Shown here in pieces: positions 28,260 to 43,130 of a stretch of DNA of 64,000 nucleotides (position 1 is its first letter; each line of letters starts with the position of its first letter). Made by a program: the position numbers and the translations under genes. Source of the DNA: Octopus sinensis (taxonomy: Eukaryota). The stretch is from contig NC_043003.1 of NCBI RefSeq assembly GCF_006345805.1, positions 71,796,001 through 71,860,000 of the forward strand, written 5' to 3'. The notes under the pieces were generated by a model that saw only the letters and a program-made list of their open reading frames with translations, was not told the origin of the DNA and did not search any database.

Positions 28260-29987
28260 TTACCTGCTTGCACGTATTTGTATGTTGTTTGCCCCAGATC
28301 AGCTCGGGTTCACTAGACCTAATGATCCCAGGCATATTTGGCTTAATTCAATTGAATAAATTGTAAACTTATGTCACTCTCTCATATTCATTGATCAAAT
28401 AACGTTTCTTTTTTTATTGCTGGTATATTCAGAACGAATTTATGCGAATAGTTATCATCTTAACAATATAAGGTTTAAGTCTGAAGGAAATTTGGGAGCT
28501 ATTTCTAGCAGGTTCTCGACCGTGTAAGTACATATATAGTAACATTCTTTAATAGCTTCCTTATCTGCAAAGCAGTGTGTTGGGACTGAATTCACATTGG
28601 ATATGTGCTGAAGAACAGTGGATGTCGGACTCTGACGGAATCCATCTCATTCCCTTCTATTGCGGTTAACCCCAGACGTATAGATATACAGACATACAGA
28701 CATACACATATGCAGATGTACAGGCGTGCATGTATACAGACCGACAAATATGCAGACAAACTAACAAAGGAGTATATCTGCGGTCACTTGAGCTACTAGA
28801 AGTAGTAGCTCAATCCTTCTGACTCATACATTGTACTGGTTTGAAGAAATAACAAAGGCTTTAGATAACTTGGTTCTTATATACTATGCCTAAAATTGAA
28901 AGAGAATGGAATAATCGCTGCTGAAACGTCTTTGATCATAGGTTTTCTCGATCAAGGTTGCTCTGGCGATAGCCTATACGCATGAAATTTCAGTATTTGT
29001 CAGTTTTCAATGGACAGACTCCTTTTTTAGTTTCTCCTACTATTTCATGCAAGGACAGCAGAAGCAGAGCTGTGTTTTGTCTCATTCGATATTGCAATGC
29101 AGTTTCAATATTTGGTTTTAACCACTTACGTTCCTACACACTTGACAAAGTACTAAATCTCGCAACATCTTATTTGATATCATCTTAAACGTAAGATTAG
29201 ATATTATGTATAAATGATCGAATATCAGAATTGGAAAATTTAAAATAGTCATAATCCAAATTCAAATCGTGCCGAGTCATTCTTTGTCATCAACTGGGGA
29301 TCAATAAAATAAACTGCAAGATTGAGAAAAGTTATAACGATTTTCTATAAATTTGTGACAATTTGGCTATCTCAGGATTCATTTTTAATTGTATAATTAA
29401 AAACTTAAAACGTAATTAAAGTAGATGATGAATAACTTCCTCCTCCTCTTCCTCCTCCTCCCCTCCTCCCCCTCCTCCCCTCCTCCTCCTCCTCCTCCTC
29501 ATCATCATCATAATCATCATCATCATCATCATCATCATTAGCAGCAGCAGCAGCTACTACTGGTATTGCTGCTGCTCTGATTTCTCGTTCACGAAACCTC
29601 ATCGTCATAAAAATAAAAAAAACTAAGAACTAATTTTCTGTTTAAAGCACCCCTATCAATTATCAATACAACTTATGCACACACACGCGCACAAACACGC
29701 ACACACACACACACGCTCACACACGCACACGTGCATACACATACGGAGAAAACAAGAGGTATGTAATTACAGGTGTGTATGTGAGGTTATAGGTAAGGTT
29801 ACATGGTTATATGTAAAGTTGTGTTGTTAAGTTGAGGCGTGTGCTGATGAGCTATTTTAGCTAGAGGAAGACCAACCCAAGCCAGAGAGCCATGACACAT
29901 TGCTCCATTGGGACTTCTGGTCTAGAATAGATACAATGGTTCGGGTTATTCGAATGGGATGGATGTGGGGTCAAGTTGAGGCCGTCT

Positions 29988-30318
29988 CGGTACCGATATA
30001 GCAGTATGGGTACAGATATGGCTTTCAGGTTACAGGCATGATTGTGTTCTGATAGGTTTGGCAACAGAGTGACGGCTATGGCAGTGTGGTAACAGGCTTC
30101 GTGGGTACTGGTGCGGTTGCCTAGTTACCGTCATAGTTTGTGTAGTGACCACAGATTAGAAGCTGTATGGTTACCGGCATGATTGCATGGTTACAGATAT
30201 GAATATATGGTTATAGGTATAACTGTATAGTTATCAACATGGTTGTGTGATTACATGTATGACTCTGTGGTTACCATTTGAGTTGTGTGGTTGCAGATAC
30301 GGCAGTATAGTTGCAGAC
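29988..30318. repeat. Degenerate 20-bp minisatellite (consensus about GGTTACAGGTATGATTGTGT)
   Basis: Units in exact 20-bp register at 30168, 30188, 30208, 30228, 30248, 30268, 30288 and 30308, with looser units back to about 29988. Confidence 0.7.
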
Positions 30319-30893
30319 CGGGGTGGTCATGGCTGGAATACTCTTGACCATAAGTCTGCTGGATCATGGCTGATTAGGGGCTAAACAAGAAAAAGAACAT
30401 CAACCTCTGCAAGTGACATCCACTATATCTTTAGGTCGACAAAAGTTTTGTAAGTAAAAGTTGATTGGCGGAAACTATGCGTCAGCCCGTCGGGAGACCG
30501 TTCTTGTTCAAAGGTGGCGGCTTTCAACTGTAATCCTATTCAAGGCCATCCATCATACGGTCCTTGTGAGCGAAGTCGGTATTATTTTTGGGATCCAGGT
30601 TAGGCCTCTTGTTTGAAGATAACCTCTTTTACTTCCACTACTCAGGGAGACCCTTAGAAAGGGTTTCGTGTGCTGCTGTTCCTCCTTGGCTAAATTGTAT
30701 AAAAATACAATTGATTGCTGTTGAACAGGACGGTTTGTTGGATGGACATCAATTTTATTGAGTTATGTTTCCTCAGAGGAGAGCTAATTGAACTGCATAT
30801 AGCCATCTCAGCTCTTCAGACAGAGCAATACACATCTACGACCAAATGAGGCTAATGAATATGTCTGCTGTAATGTAATGGGGTGGTGTTGTC

Positions 30894-31294
30894 TTTACTC
30901 TTTTACTTGTTTCAGTCATTTGACTGCGGCCATGCTGGAACACCGCCTTTAGTCAAGCAAATCGACCCCGGGACTTATTCTTTGTAAGCCCAGTACTTAT
31001 TCTATCGTCTCTTTTGCCGAACCGCTAACTTACGGGGACGTAAACACACCAGCATCGGTTGTCAAGCAATGCTAGGGGGACAAACACAGACACACAAACA
31101 TACACACGCATCCATATATATATATATATACGACAGGCTTCTTTCAGTTTCCGTCTACCAAATCCACTCACAAGGCTTTACTCGGCCCGAGGCTATAGCA
31201 GAAGACACTTGCCCAAGATACCGCGCAGTGGGACTGAACCCGGAACCATGTGGTTGGTAAGCAAGCTACTTACCACACAGCCACTCCTGTGCCT
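30894..31294 (-). mobile_element. SINE family 2, full length
   Basis: tRNA-like head (gtggtaag...gggttcagtccca), internal TA/CA microsatellite and (agagtaaa)-type tail. More copies or parts at 22490-22655 plus 23120-23370, 31385-31760, 38840-39320, 43265-43480, 45860-46320, 47430-47710 and 62110-63030. Confidence 0.9.
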
Positions 31295-31576
31295 ATATTC
31301 TAATATAAACAGCCGATAACAGTGTTGTTTGATATTCCTTTCTACGGTAATATAAACAATAATGTAATATCTTCTTACAAAGTGTGTCTTGTCTTTGATC
31401 TTTTACTCGTTTCACTCATTAGACTGTGGCCATGCTGGGGCACCGCCTTCAAGGATTTAATCGAACAAACCGATCCCAACACTTATCTTTTAAGCTTGGT
31501 ACTTATTCTATCAAATTCTTTTTGCCGAACCGCTACGTTGCAGGGACATAAACACCGACTGCCAAGAGGTGGTGGG

Positions 31577-31620
<44 letters not shown>

Positions 31621-31934
31621 ACGCACAAACACACGACTGGCTTCTTTCAGTTTCCGTCAACCAGATCCACTCGTAAGGCTTTAGTCGGCCCAGGGCTATA
31701 GTAGAGAACACTTACCAAGCGGTGAAATTGAACCCAGAAACTGCTTACCGCACACCTACGTCTAATTTCCGCAGCATTTCTATCACTGAGTATAATAAAT
31801 TAAACCAATTAGAACACTTTTTTTACGTACCTGCTTAGTTAAGCCTTTGGCACTGCGATCAACGTCTTTTTTAAATTCTCCTTCCTGTTCCCTTCGCCTG
31901 CAATGATAATAATAATAATAATAATAATAATAAT

Positions 31935-32410
31935 ATTGATATGACTGTCCCAATCGATATGCCGATACACACAGATAGAGAAATTAAGGCCAACAGACCA
32001 GATATAGTTGTCAGAGATCATGAAGAAAAAAAATGCTTTCTAATTGATGTATCAATACCGGCAGATGACAACGTGTCTCTAAAAGAAATGGAGAAACTCT
32101 CAAAATACAAAGACCTGGAAATAGAGGTAACCAGAATGTGGAATCTAAAAACAGAAACAATTCCTATCATAGTAGGTGCATTAGGCATGATAAAAAAATA
32201 TTCAGACAAATACATAACAAAAACACCAGGACTTACAAACACATATAACATACAGAAAATTGCACTACTAGGCACTGCACACATCCTACGCAGAACACTT
32301 TCTATACAATAACCATCAGAGCATCACAACAAATCACAGCACATACCCAAGGCACACAGAGCTGTGCTCGGTAGTGAAGTGAAAGCACGCTATAAAAATA
32401 AAACTACTGA
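31935..32410 (+). mobile_element. R4/Dong LINE 3' end (REL domain) between (AAT)n arrays
   Basis: ORF 31941-32312: ANRPDIVVRD...CFLIDVSIP...EKLSKYKDL...IPIIVGALG. AAT repeats on both sides. Confidence 0.9.
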
Positions 32411-32413
32411 ATA

Positions 32414-32513
<100 letters not shown>

Positions 32514-32879
32514 TAATATCAATAATAATAATAATGATAATAATAATAATAAAACTAACAACAACAATTATGGTTTCAAATTTTGGCACAAGGTCAGTAA
32601 TCGATTACATCAAACCCCAGTACTTGAGACTGGTACTTTATTTTATCGACTACGGATGTAAGAAAAGCAAAGTTGATCGCGGTAGGTCATGAGGTCAACT
32701 ATATATTTTATCCTTTTTAGGCCAATAAAATAGAATACCAGTCAAGTAGTGCGTTTCATGGTATCGACTAATCCCATTCTCTCAAACGTGCTGGCCTTGT
32801 ACCTAAATTAGGAACTATTGTTACTTTTGCTGTTGTTAATAATAATAATAATATAATAATAATAATAATAATAATAATG

Positions 32880-32944
<65 letters not shown>

Positions 32945-32984
32945 GACGACGACGATGATGATGATGATGATGATGACGGGGACA

Positions 32985-34240
32985 TAACTGGAGGGTTAAC
33001 CTTAGGAAGGAGCAAGTGTCTCCGCTATGTCGCATCTGCAATAGAGCGGATGAATCCATTGCACATATCCATTGCACATATCACGAACGAATGCTCTACA
33101 CTTGCCGAAAACCAAGACGAATTGTGGCGACACGACCAGGTAGTGAAAGTGCTACATTGGAAACTGTGCAAAAAAGGGAGGGCTAGAGAGAGGCAAGGGG
33201 CATGAGTACAAACCACAGAGTATGGCGGAGTCAGAGACTAGCAAAATCCTAATTACAGAGGAGACATACAAAGACATGCGGGAACATAAAACATATGAAG
33301 GATGAATGTGAAATGGCTATATTTAAAATGCAAATGAACCGGCCATCTCGCTCCCGCTGCGAAATGAAACCGTGTATTCCTTTACCATTAACTTTTACAC
33401 AACCTTTAGTCTCGATCCGAGGCGAAACCGTGACTTCCCTCTTCGCTTTTACCCTAGCGTAATAAACTTTTCAAACCAATGTTCATACAGTCCTTACTTA
33501 TTTCTTTTCCTTTTTTTTTAAACTAAAGGAGAACCAAATGTTTATCATAGTGTTCAAAGAAGAACTTTAGGAAACCTGTTGATTTAACAGTATCAAAATT
33601 TACCTTGTTTTTTTTTTTCTCTAAAAAGTTCAAACAATCATTTCTCTCAGTTACAGTCTTTACACTATTATAATGACTTACCACTACTATCTCTCACACT
33701 GTCTTTCAATTTTGCACTCTTTCCAAGTTGGGGCGTTATATCTCACTATAAGTTTTCTTTTCGTTTGTGTTTTTCATGTCTCTTTTTGTTCATATTTTCC
33801 TGTTGTTTTATGGGTTCTTGTATTTCCGTCTCTAAGTCTTTGTGTTCGTGTATTTGTGTGTCTGTATGTTCGTTTGGAGAGCCACTGAAAACGTATGTGG
33901 AACAAAATCCTGAGCTTGGTTAAAAAGGGGGCAAATAAAAAAAGAAACAGAGGGCCTAATTGTAGCAGCCCAAAATCAAGCGATAAAAACATACAACTTA
34001 AGAAAAATATATATGGAGAGAATGTGTCAGAAAAACCTCACTTGGAACGAGACAGTGGCACATTTTATGGAAGAATGCCCCAAGATGGCACATGAAGAAT
34101 ATAAAAAACGGAGGCAAGACCAGGTTGTAAAAGTTTTACCTTGGAAACTGTGCCAGAAATGGGGATTTGAAGCTGGTAACACATGGCACAATCATCGAGT
34201 CGATAGAGTACTAGATTCGGAGATTGGTATAGAATGGTTA
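32985..34240 (+). mobile_element. Two short R4/Dong zinc-finger/RHD fragments (about 32985-33230 and 33990-34240)
   Basis: CRIC...ESIAHI...C...RHDQVVKVLHWKLC and C...NETVAHFMEECPKMAHEEYKKRRQDQVVKVLPWKLC. Confidence 0.7.
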
Positions 34241-34399
34241 AAGGAGACTGGAATAGAATGACCTGTAGAGCTTCTACAGAAAGTTTGCCTTTCAGGGATA
34301 GGAAAGGTTATCAGGAGGGTTCTAAGCACTTAGTTACTTGCAACCCACATAAATCCTACCCGGAATAGGACCGAATCTGAGTCAAATCAACAACAACAA

Positions 34400-34489
<90 letters not shown>

Positions 34490-34839
34490 TAATAATATGT
34501 TAAACCAACATCCAGTTACTAGGCTCATTGCAGTTCAATAAAAATCTATAATTGGATGACTAGGGTCCCTAGAAGGTGTCCAGATATAGCCCATCTATTT
34601 TCCTTTAACCGTCAAAGGGAAATAACCCATCTATTTTCTTTATCTTTCTCTTTTGACTTTTCTTCTTCCATTTATTAGAGAAGCAATATCATTAGAGTCC
34701 AGGCCAAATTTTTCATTGCTTTGAGTTTCTACCTATCACAATGGAGCAGCGTTGACATACAAATTAATATGGATATTCCTGACTGGAAAAAATGTAAGGA
34801 TATGGATAATCTTGATTGTATGGTTTTATTTTTGTCTGT

Positions 34840-35010
34840 TTATTACTAGGCATAGTTTTATGTTTGTCGTACTCTTTACGCCAATTTCGAACATTAGCTT
34901 CATTAACATTAAAATGCCTTCCGGCAGCTCTACTGCTACGTTCAAATGCATATTCAATATATTTAATTTTTCCTTCGCAGTAAACAATTCATAAGTTCTT
35001 CCGATACCGA
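34840..35010 (-). mobile_element. pogo/Tigger-like transposase N-terminal HTH (Brinker-type DBD) remnant
   Basis: Minus strand: TYELFTAKEKL / YIEYAFERSSRAAGRHFNVNEANVRNWRKE, with one frameshift. Confidence 0.7.
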
Positions 35011-36220
35011 CAATAACGGTAATGACAAATTTTAAAGTTTATTTGACATTTTATGAGTGTGAAAGGGATTAAAATTTCGTTACTCCGTATCAAAGGTTCC
35101 TACAAGAATTGGGGAAAATCAGAACTTGAGCCAAGAAGACAGAATTCCGTTTATATAATCAGTTTGATCGGTCACCTTCCTCTGTCGGTTGAGTAAAGTG
35201 TCATTCAAGTTGATGTTTATTGGCAATTAAACTTAATTTGTAACACCTGTGCGTATTTATCAGCTTTGTTTTGGTTGATAATTCTTATCAGCAACTTTTC
35301 CTGTGATCGTGATTAGTGTAGATATACAGCAGTATGCCAAAGATTGGACATAATCTCTTGTGGGCAAGAAATGTAAAATAAAGTTTATTATAAACAACAC
35401 AAACATTTTGTAATTAAATAGCTTTCAATGTGATGCCTGTTAAACAGAAATTATTTTTATTTCATAAAAATTTAATAAAATCTAATCATAAAAGAAATTA
35501 TGCTAAATACTACTAAATTGAAAACCTTTTTCCCCTGGCCATATCGGCAATTCTGAAAACTTTTGGATGCGAATCTTACACGAGAAGAAGCTTTTAATAA
35601 GTTTTATCCTGAAAAATCACCTGCGTAAATTACACAACTGCGCAAATTACATGGGTTTTTACGGCTTTTGAACTGTCAGGGTTATTTTCACACTTTGCCC
35701 AGAACAACACTTAAGCAAGAAAATAGTATTTTCCTTAACAATACAACCACTTATTTCGGTTAATGACTTATTTACCAATATACCATGAATGACGATGCCT
35801 TTCATGTCACTTTTCAGACTTACTTTAAATTGTATACACATACACAGTAATACCTCACCTTATGAGAAGCCCTTTACGAAACACTGGGTTCTATTCACGA
35901 GTTTTAGCTTAAAAATAAAAGCGTACTTCTATATATATATATACATTCGCCCGATACAACCACAAAATTATTCTACCCTGTGTCAGTGTACCTACGTATA
36001 ACGGCCGAGAACAACATGCTAAGGAGAGCTCAGTATATCTAGTGGGATATCATTTTTTTATACAAAGCACCTGGTGACACAGCCTGCACTGACTGATGCA
36101 ACACAACTAGATGCCCAATATCGTACGCCTAAAGGGTAGCTGTAGGATGGGTCGAAACGAGCATCGTGCTGAATAAAGTTTCGTACTAAATCCATCTTCC
36201 GTTTTTTTCATCAATTATGT

Positions 36221-36312
<92 letters not shown>

Positions 36313-37391
36313 GTGTAGCGTTGCCGCGCTAAGCAAGGAGCAAAATTAACAAACTTTTAGATGAATTCACATATGTTTAGGATATATTTCGACCTGTAAA
36401 AAATGCATTTTCAATGCAGTTTGTCGATGGAGAAAAATTTTTGCTTCTGGTAAATTGTGTTAAAAACACCAAAGTTAGATATTTGCAGTTTCTGCCCTTT
36501 ACGCTCTCATCTGTACCAGATACCGGTGATACAGCTCTAAACCGAGTGGAAGTCTTCGCTCTTGCAAGAAATTATTAAACAATACCCCACAAAGGACGCC
36601 AGGCTGATACATCATTAGCGCTCAAAGCAATAGTTTATAGCAAACAAACTTTTAGATGATTTCAAAGGCAATTTCACTGCAGTGGTGTGTCAGAGAAAAT
36701 TCTCGCTTAGGCAAATGGCTTTAAAAGCACCATGGTCAGTTCAGAGGTACACTATAGAATGAAAATGCATTATGAGCAGTCAGTATAGTGTTGATATCTG
36801 GTATTGAAGAAAACATAAAAATTTCGAAATTATTAATATTAAGAGTTTATTATTTTGTTGTTACTGTTATTATTAATACTACTTTATCATCACGGTTTAG
36901 TACTAGTTATAGCTATGATTTACTACTGATCTACCGACTTTATATATATTGCTCTCGCTCTTTCTTCTCCTCTTCTCTCCTCATCTTCCGCCTCCTCCTT
37001 CGTCTAGAGAATGAGAAGAGGAAAAAGTGAGAGCGGTAAGTGTGGAAGGAAAAGGGGATGAAGGAAGAGGAGGAGGATTAATATGAGAATTTGGCTTTAT
37101 TACATATCCCTACAATTGTTTCAACGTTTCATTACTGAATGTTACATATATTATTAAGAACATTGGACTAATATCACTCAGCAATAGTAGTATAAGCGTC
37201 TCTTCGGGTGACTAGCTTTGTTATATATTCATGCAAATTCAAATATTCAGTAAATTTCACAGTATCAGAAAATGGTAAAATGTTCAAGTGTTCAATAGAT
37301 TTCATAATAATCTTATATGATAAAGAGATCATTAAAAGGCACAATTCATTATAAGACCCAGTTGATCTTGAACCCCGAAACCAATTCTCCT

Positions 37392-37485
<94 letters not shown>

Positions 37486-37490
37486 GTCTA

Positions 37491-37523
<33 letters not shown>

Positions 37524-38249
37524 TTAATTATATACATACAAACACACGTATATGTATGTATATATACGTATACATATATGTTCTTTTATACACACACACA
37601 TACACATAATGTGTGCGTGTGCGTATGTGCGTATGTATGCGTGCGTTTGTGTGCGTGTGCGCGTATGTATGCGTGTGTGTGCGTGAGTGAGTATAATTGA
37701 TTTGCAGAGTTATTTCCATTCCAGATTTCAGTGACATCTGTGGTTTTAAGCACATTTAATATTCAACGTCATCCATTCGCCATATGCTCATTCCATTTTG
37801 ATCAATTCTACTTTCCACGATAACTGCAGTCAAGTAAATAACGTACCACGCTTTGGGCAGCCGATATAGATCGATAGAGTTTCACTATTGTGTGTTGTAG
37901 GTCAATAGAGCAGTGAACTCTGTACTCTGTTAACTAATTTCATTACTAACGTCAGAGTGATTGGGACGCTAGAAATATGATATAATAAGAAAAGAACTTG
38001 ATACAAATATATTTTGGCGTAAATCTTTTCAGACCTGTACTGTCCATAAACTCTCTATAATTTAATAATTGATAAAAAATTGATCAAAATAAGATCAAAA
38101 ATTCGGAAACAGAGGAAGTGTATGTAACTAGTAACTGATGGTTTATTTCATCGGCAGGCTGAATTTGAACATAAAATGCCACAATGAATATCGCCGACAT
38201 ACCAGTTTGCTTTCACAATAGACTTCTGTTAGTGTCAATTTGCTGGCAG

Positions 38250-38800
38250 GCATTTTACAGCAGCGTACATTGGTGACTGTAGCCCCTCTTTTCAGGTCTA
38301 CAGTCTCTTTTGCGTCCCCCCAAAACGGTTAGTATTACTTTTGCGTAAGTTTGGGTCTTGGATTGCTTTTTCGCTAGCGATTCCGAGTGCTTCCTTTTTT
38401 AATTCTAGCTCAAAAGCGGTGGACCCACGTCTCATCTCTTGTGACTATTCTCTCCAAAAGAGCTTCGCCTTCCTCGTTGTAGAGGTCGAGGAAGCGTTGA
38501 CAGATCTCTATGCAATCGCGCTTATGCGCATTGGTAAGCTCTCTTGGCACCAATGTCACCCAGACTTTACGGTGCGAAGCTTTCTGCGGATGATTTCGTT
38601 TACATTACCGTGACCAATTTGCAGAAAACATGCCACCTCATCGATGGTCACTCGTCAGTTGACCAGAACTCTCTCTCTCTCGACCTTGTTGAATTTTCAT
38701 GTCAGTAGTGGAGGTTGATGAGCGTCCTGCTCCCTCTTCGTCCCTAAAACTTTCAGTCCTTGAAACTTTCAGACCAGAAAAATCGAATCACAAATCCCCA
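38250..38800 (-). mobile_element. mariner transposase pseudogene fragment
   Basis: VPRELTNAHKRDCIEICQRFLDLYNEEGEALLERIVTRDETWVH contains the mariner WVP(R/H)EL and (G)DETW motifs, followed by a stop. Confidence 0.85.
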
Positions 38801-39115
38801 TTCTTCCGTGGTACACATAGCCAACAGTCATGTTAACTCTTTACTCTCTTTTACTCTTTTACTTGTTTCAGTCATTTGACTGCGGCCATGCTGGAGCACC
38901 GCTTTTAGTCGAGCAAATCGACCCCAGGATTTATTCTTTGTAAGCCTAGTACTTATTCTATCGGTCCCTATTTGCCGAACCGCTAAGTTACGGGGACCCG
39001 TAAACACACCAGCATCAGTTGTCAAGCGTGTGTTTGGGGGGGCGAGAAAAAAAACAGACACACAAACATACACGCACACAAACACACACATATATGTTAT
39101 ATATATATATATTAT

Positions 39116-39157
<42 letters not shown>

Positions 39158-39650
39158 ATATATGTATATGACGGGTTTCTTTCAGTTCCGTTACCAAACC
39201 ACAACAAGGCTTTGGTCGACCCGAGGCTATAGTAAAAGACACTTGCCTAAAGTGCAACGCAGTGGGACTGAATCCGGAACCATGTGGTTCATAAGCAAGC
39301 TACTTACCACGCAGCCTATAACAAAAGAAAGAAAACTGAAGTGATCAAAGTCAAACCTTGGTTATGTAACCACGAGAGTACCATCTTTTATCACGTGACC
39401 GCGCGGCCAACCCAAAAAGTCTGGGTGGAAGTACGGACAACTTTTGACTTCCCATTGTGTTTAATATACAGCGTCCTGTGAAATATCCCTACGCAATGCC
39501 GAGTACGAGCACAAGGTTTTGGTAGATCTGAAGGTATAGTAGAAGACGCTTGTTCAAGGTGTGACACAGTGGCACTGGACTCGGAGCATGCGGTTGGGAA
39601 GCAAGTTTCTTACCACACAGCCGCGCCTGCGTCTTGTACATATATACTCT

Positions 39651-40044
39651 GTTACTCTTTACCCTTTTACTTGTTTCAGTCATTTGACTGCGGCCATGCT
39701 GGAGCACCGCCTTTAGTCGAGCAAATCGACTCCAGGACTTATTCTTTGTAAGCCTAGTACTTATTCTATCGGACTCTTTTTGCCGAACCGCTAAATTACG
39801 GGGACGTAAACACACCAGCATCGGTTGCCAAGCGATGGTGGTGGTGGTGGTGATGGTGGTGGTGGGACAAACACAGACATACACATACATACAACAGTTT
39901 CCGTCTATCAAATCCACTCACAAGGCTTTGGTCGGCCCGAGGCTATAGTAGAAGACACTTGTCCAAGGTGCCACGCAGTCGGACTGAACCCGGAAGCGTG
40001 TGGTTGATAAGTTAGATACTTACCACACAGCCACTCCTGCGCCT
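39651..40044 (-). mobile_element. SINE family 2, full length
   Basis: Matches 30894-31294. Confidence 0.9.
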
Positions 40045-40686
40045 TTACAAAGAAACACATTCACAGAATTATTGTAGACGGTAGGGTGCGTTTGAGGGGG
40101 AGTTGGCTGCTATTTCTAATATATCGTGCAGTCACGTAGAAATTTCCTCACTGAGGTCGTTTTTTTCATTGCCCATGTGATTCTTTAGAAATATCCATTG
40201 ACACATTTTAATGTAAAGCATATTTGGATGTATGTTTGTATGAATGCAACTGTGTATGTGGTGGTGGTGGTGGGGGTAGAATGTTACGGAAGTATATATT
40301 TTTGAAATTACGTATGCTGATGTTTGTGATTAAGTACCTGTGTATTTGCACGTCGCTTTCTATATGTGCATGTTCGTACATGTGTACACATTTATCTCTA
40401 CATGTCACCTGGTCTTTCGTTCATTATAGAATCAAATGAAAAGTATCCTCTCGTTACTATGTTTACTAATCTCAGGTTGATTATTTCCTTGGTAAACTAA
40501 TGCCCACACATACTATGTGTGTTTGTATGCATGCATGACTGGGTGTGCCTGTGTCAGTTGGTATGTATGTGCGTGTATGTGTGTGATGTGTTTGTGTGTA
40601 TGTATGCAGTCAGGGCTAAAGTGGGACGAAATATCAACAATAGCAGATGCTGCTGCTGCTCTTGTTAGTGGTTGCCGTAGTGTTGG

Positions 40687-40723
<37 letters not shown>

Positions 40724-40964
40724 ACTACTACTACTACTACTACTACTTTCTTCTTCTTCTTCTTCTTCTTCTTCTTCTTCTTCTTCTTCTTTTCCTCTTC
40801 TTCTTCAGCATATTTAGTTATAAACAACTATGTTCTCTTACTTTGTTTTGTATAAGTTTTCTCTGAGGCCGAAAAACATAAATCTACATCATAACGCCGT
40901 TGATAGCAATGTGTGTTTGTTTGTTTTTTGTTTGTGTGTGTGCGTGTGTGTGCGTGTGTGTGTG

Positions 40965-41021
<57 letters not shown>

Positions 41022-41517
41022 TGTGTAGGCGCGCACACGCGTTAGCTTGATTCGGAATGAATCGTTGTAAGTAATTTCATTGGGTGAAAAACATCAACAT
41101 AAAACCGGTCTAGCTTCCAGTTTTTGATTGGTGCAGGCGCCGTACAATAGCCAGGAAAAACAGATGGAACCAATACACGCACACACATATATATCACTTG
41201 GCTTTAAATTTAGCGATTCAAGAGAGAAAAATTTCGTACATTGCACTTATTAAACTAACTTAAAAATTCGTGAATTCCCTCTTGATGTGGGAGTGAATTA
41301 CAATTTTTTTCAGAAAAATATTATTTTAATATATGTATGGTTATGTGCATGAATTTGTATCTATCCAAAGTTTTTCTTTTAAACTTAATTTTACACGCTA
41401 ATATGCATAGCATCATTTGCTTAGAGTTTCACAGTTCAAAGGAAAAAAAAACGGATTATTTCACGTTCTCTCGAAGTTTCTAAGCTCTTACGATGTCAAT
41501 ATACATATGTGTATGTA

Positions 41518-41565
<48 letters not shown>

Positions 41566-41679
41566 TGTGCGTGCGTGCGCACATACGTTTTTGCGTATAT
41601 TTTCTATTATGTGTGTGTGTGTTTGTATGTGTGTATGTGTAATTACAACAACAATATCAACAACAACGACTGCTACACA

Positions 41680-43130
41680 ATGACGATCTCACAAAGGTAA
41701 CCTTAGAACTACATTGAGATCCCAAGCAAGCTCCCTTAATAGGCACTGCTTGAAAATCAGCTACTACGATGACACCATTACAAAGCAAACCTTCCACAGC
41801 TCAGGGTTGTACAGAGCTGGTGACTTAGTAATCTTATACCATAGGAAAGGTCATAACATGGATAGATTTAGAAAAGATATTTAATAAACATATTTTAGGA
41901 TTTTGGCTTAAACAACCATTAACATTAACCCAATGCAAGCCAACTTCCTAAAGTAACGTTAGATGTAAACTCATCCACAATAACGATACCATAAACATCC
42001 ACAAAAACTGAAATCTCCCCTTCCACGATTAAGAGCCTGATAGGTACAAGTAAAGTTGATTCCAATCTATCCTCATAGAAGATCATTAACAAGATCACTA
42101 TTCATCATAACGTTGCACTACCTAATCCTTAGAATGATAGTACTTTTATATAGAAAACACTCCACTCATTCTCAGTAAAAGAAGAACAAGGAAGGGGTAA
42201 TTTGGTTTAATTCACTGCAAAACATGGAACTACCAAGTCGCATGTTTGAGACTTCAAACGTAAAATGAGTCTTATAACAAAAATGAAACTTCTAAAATGT
42301 AAAACGATAGAACGAGCGGATACGATAAAAATTTAACAAACTAGCATGAGAGGTCATGATAAAAAGAACCTATGAATATAGGAAGAAATTTCTTGGCTAC
42401 AGTTAGGCAACATTTCTTACCAACATGGTTTCTGTTTACCAAAAGGATTTTGTCTTCTCAAAACAGTTGTATATCGAACATCCATAATACATCTGGGCAG
42501 CATTAAAAGGAGTTATAAAGCATTTATTGTAAAAGTTTCCGAAGTTCAATACCATAATTAATAACTAATTTAAATCTAAGAACAGAAAATATACTACTTC
42601 ATTATACCAAAATTATCTGAAGACTCGAGGACCTCAACAGGAAGTCTGAAATAAATTTTAACATTCGTCATTGGAGGACGTTTCTTCTGCAAAATTCCTG
42701 GCTTCTAGATCCCAAAAGATTAAATAAAATAAATTCATATTTTTTCTTTTGCCCTTATTTATAATTGTTTATAATTTTCACCTTAAAAGATATTTTAATA
42801 TGATGACCACTGATAATTATTTTTTCTAAAAAATTTTATTCTTATATTAGAATTAAATTTATTACCATTCACTTCGGGACTGGTAACCACTTTACTTGAG
42901 TTTCCTGACCGTCTACACGTGTGCTGAGGCTTGCTACAGAATTTCTGTTTAGATATATTTGGGGTACTTAAATGTACACACGACTTTTCCGTGGGTATAT
43001 GTAAGTATTCCATTTATTCTTATCGTGTTTCTCGCTGATGAAGGAAGAATCCTTTTGGATTAATCCAGAAATCCAGTCCGATTCTGGAATGACGAATTAA
43101 AAAAAAATTCTGTTATCTTGCTTTCCTCGT
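41680..43130 (+). mobile_element. Highly degenerate Penelope-like element with 3' LTR-like region
   Basis: Remnants similar to 1270-2214 (aatttggtttaattc, about IWFN; LNRKSE; CNL) and a CTGATGA...GAAA motif at 43035-43071. Confidence 0.55.

Noticed and set aside
29130-29183. Possible extra TMC exon ending AAC|gtaagt (MISNKMLRDLVLCQVCRN)
   Set aside because: Good donor but a weak acceptor and no recognisable TMC similarity.
29988-30318. CRISPR-like array
   Set aside because: Contiguous degenerate units with no unique spacers, in a eukaryotic context with no cas genes.
35580-35608. 29-nt micro-exon candidate with tttttcag acceptor and gtaaga donor
   Set aside because: Phase fits the candidate first exon but not exon A, and it is too short to assess.
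43030-43105. Full-size hammerhead (CTGATGA...GAAA-TCCAG/CTGGA stem III) in a Penelope 3' region
   Set aside because: Stem II is poorly closed and the U-H cleavage site is out of register. Probably a decayed ribozyme, so not called.
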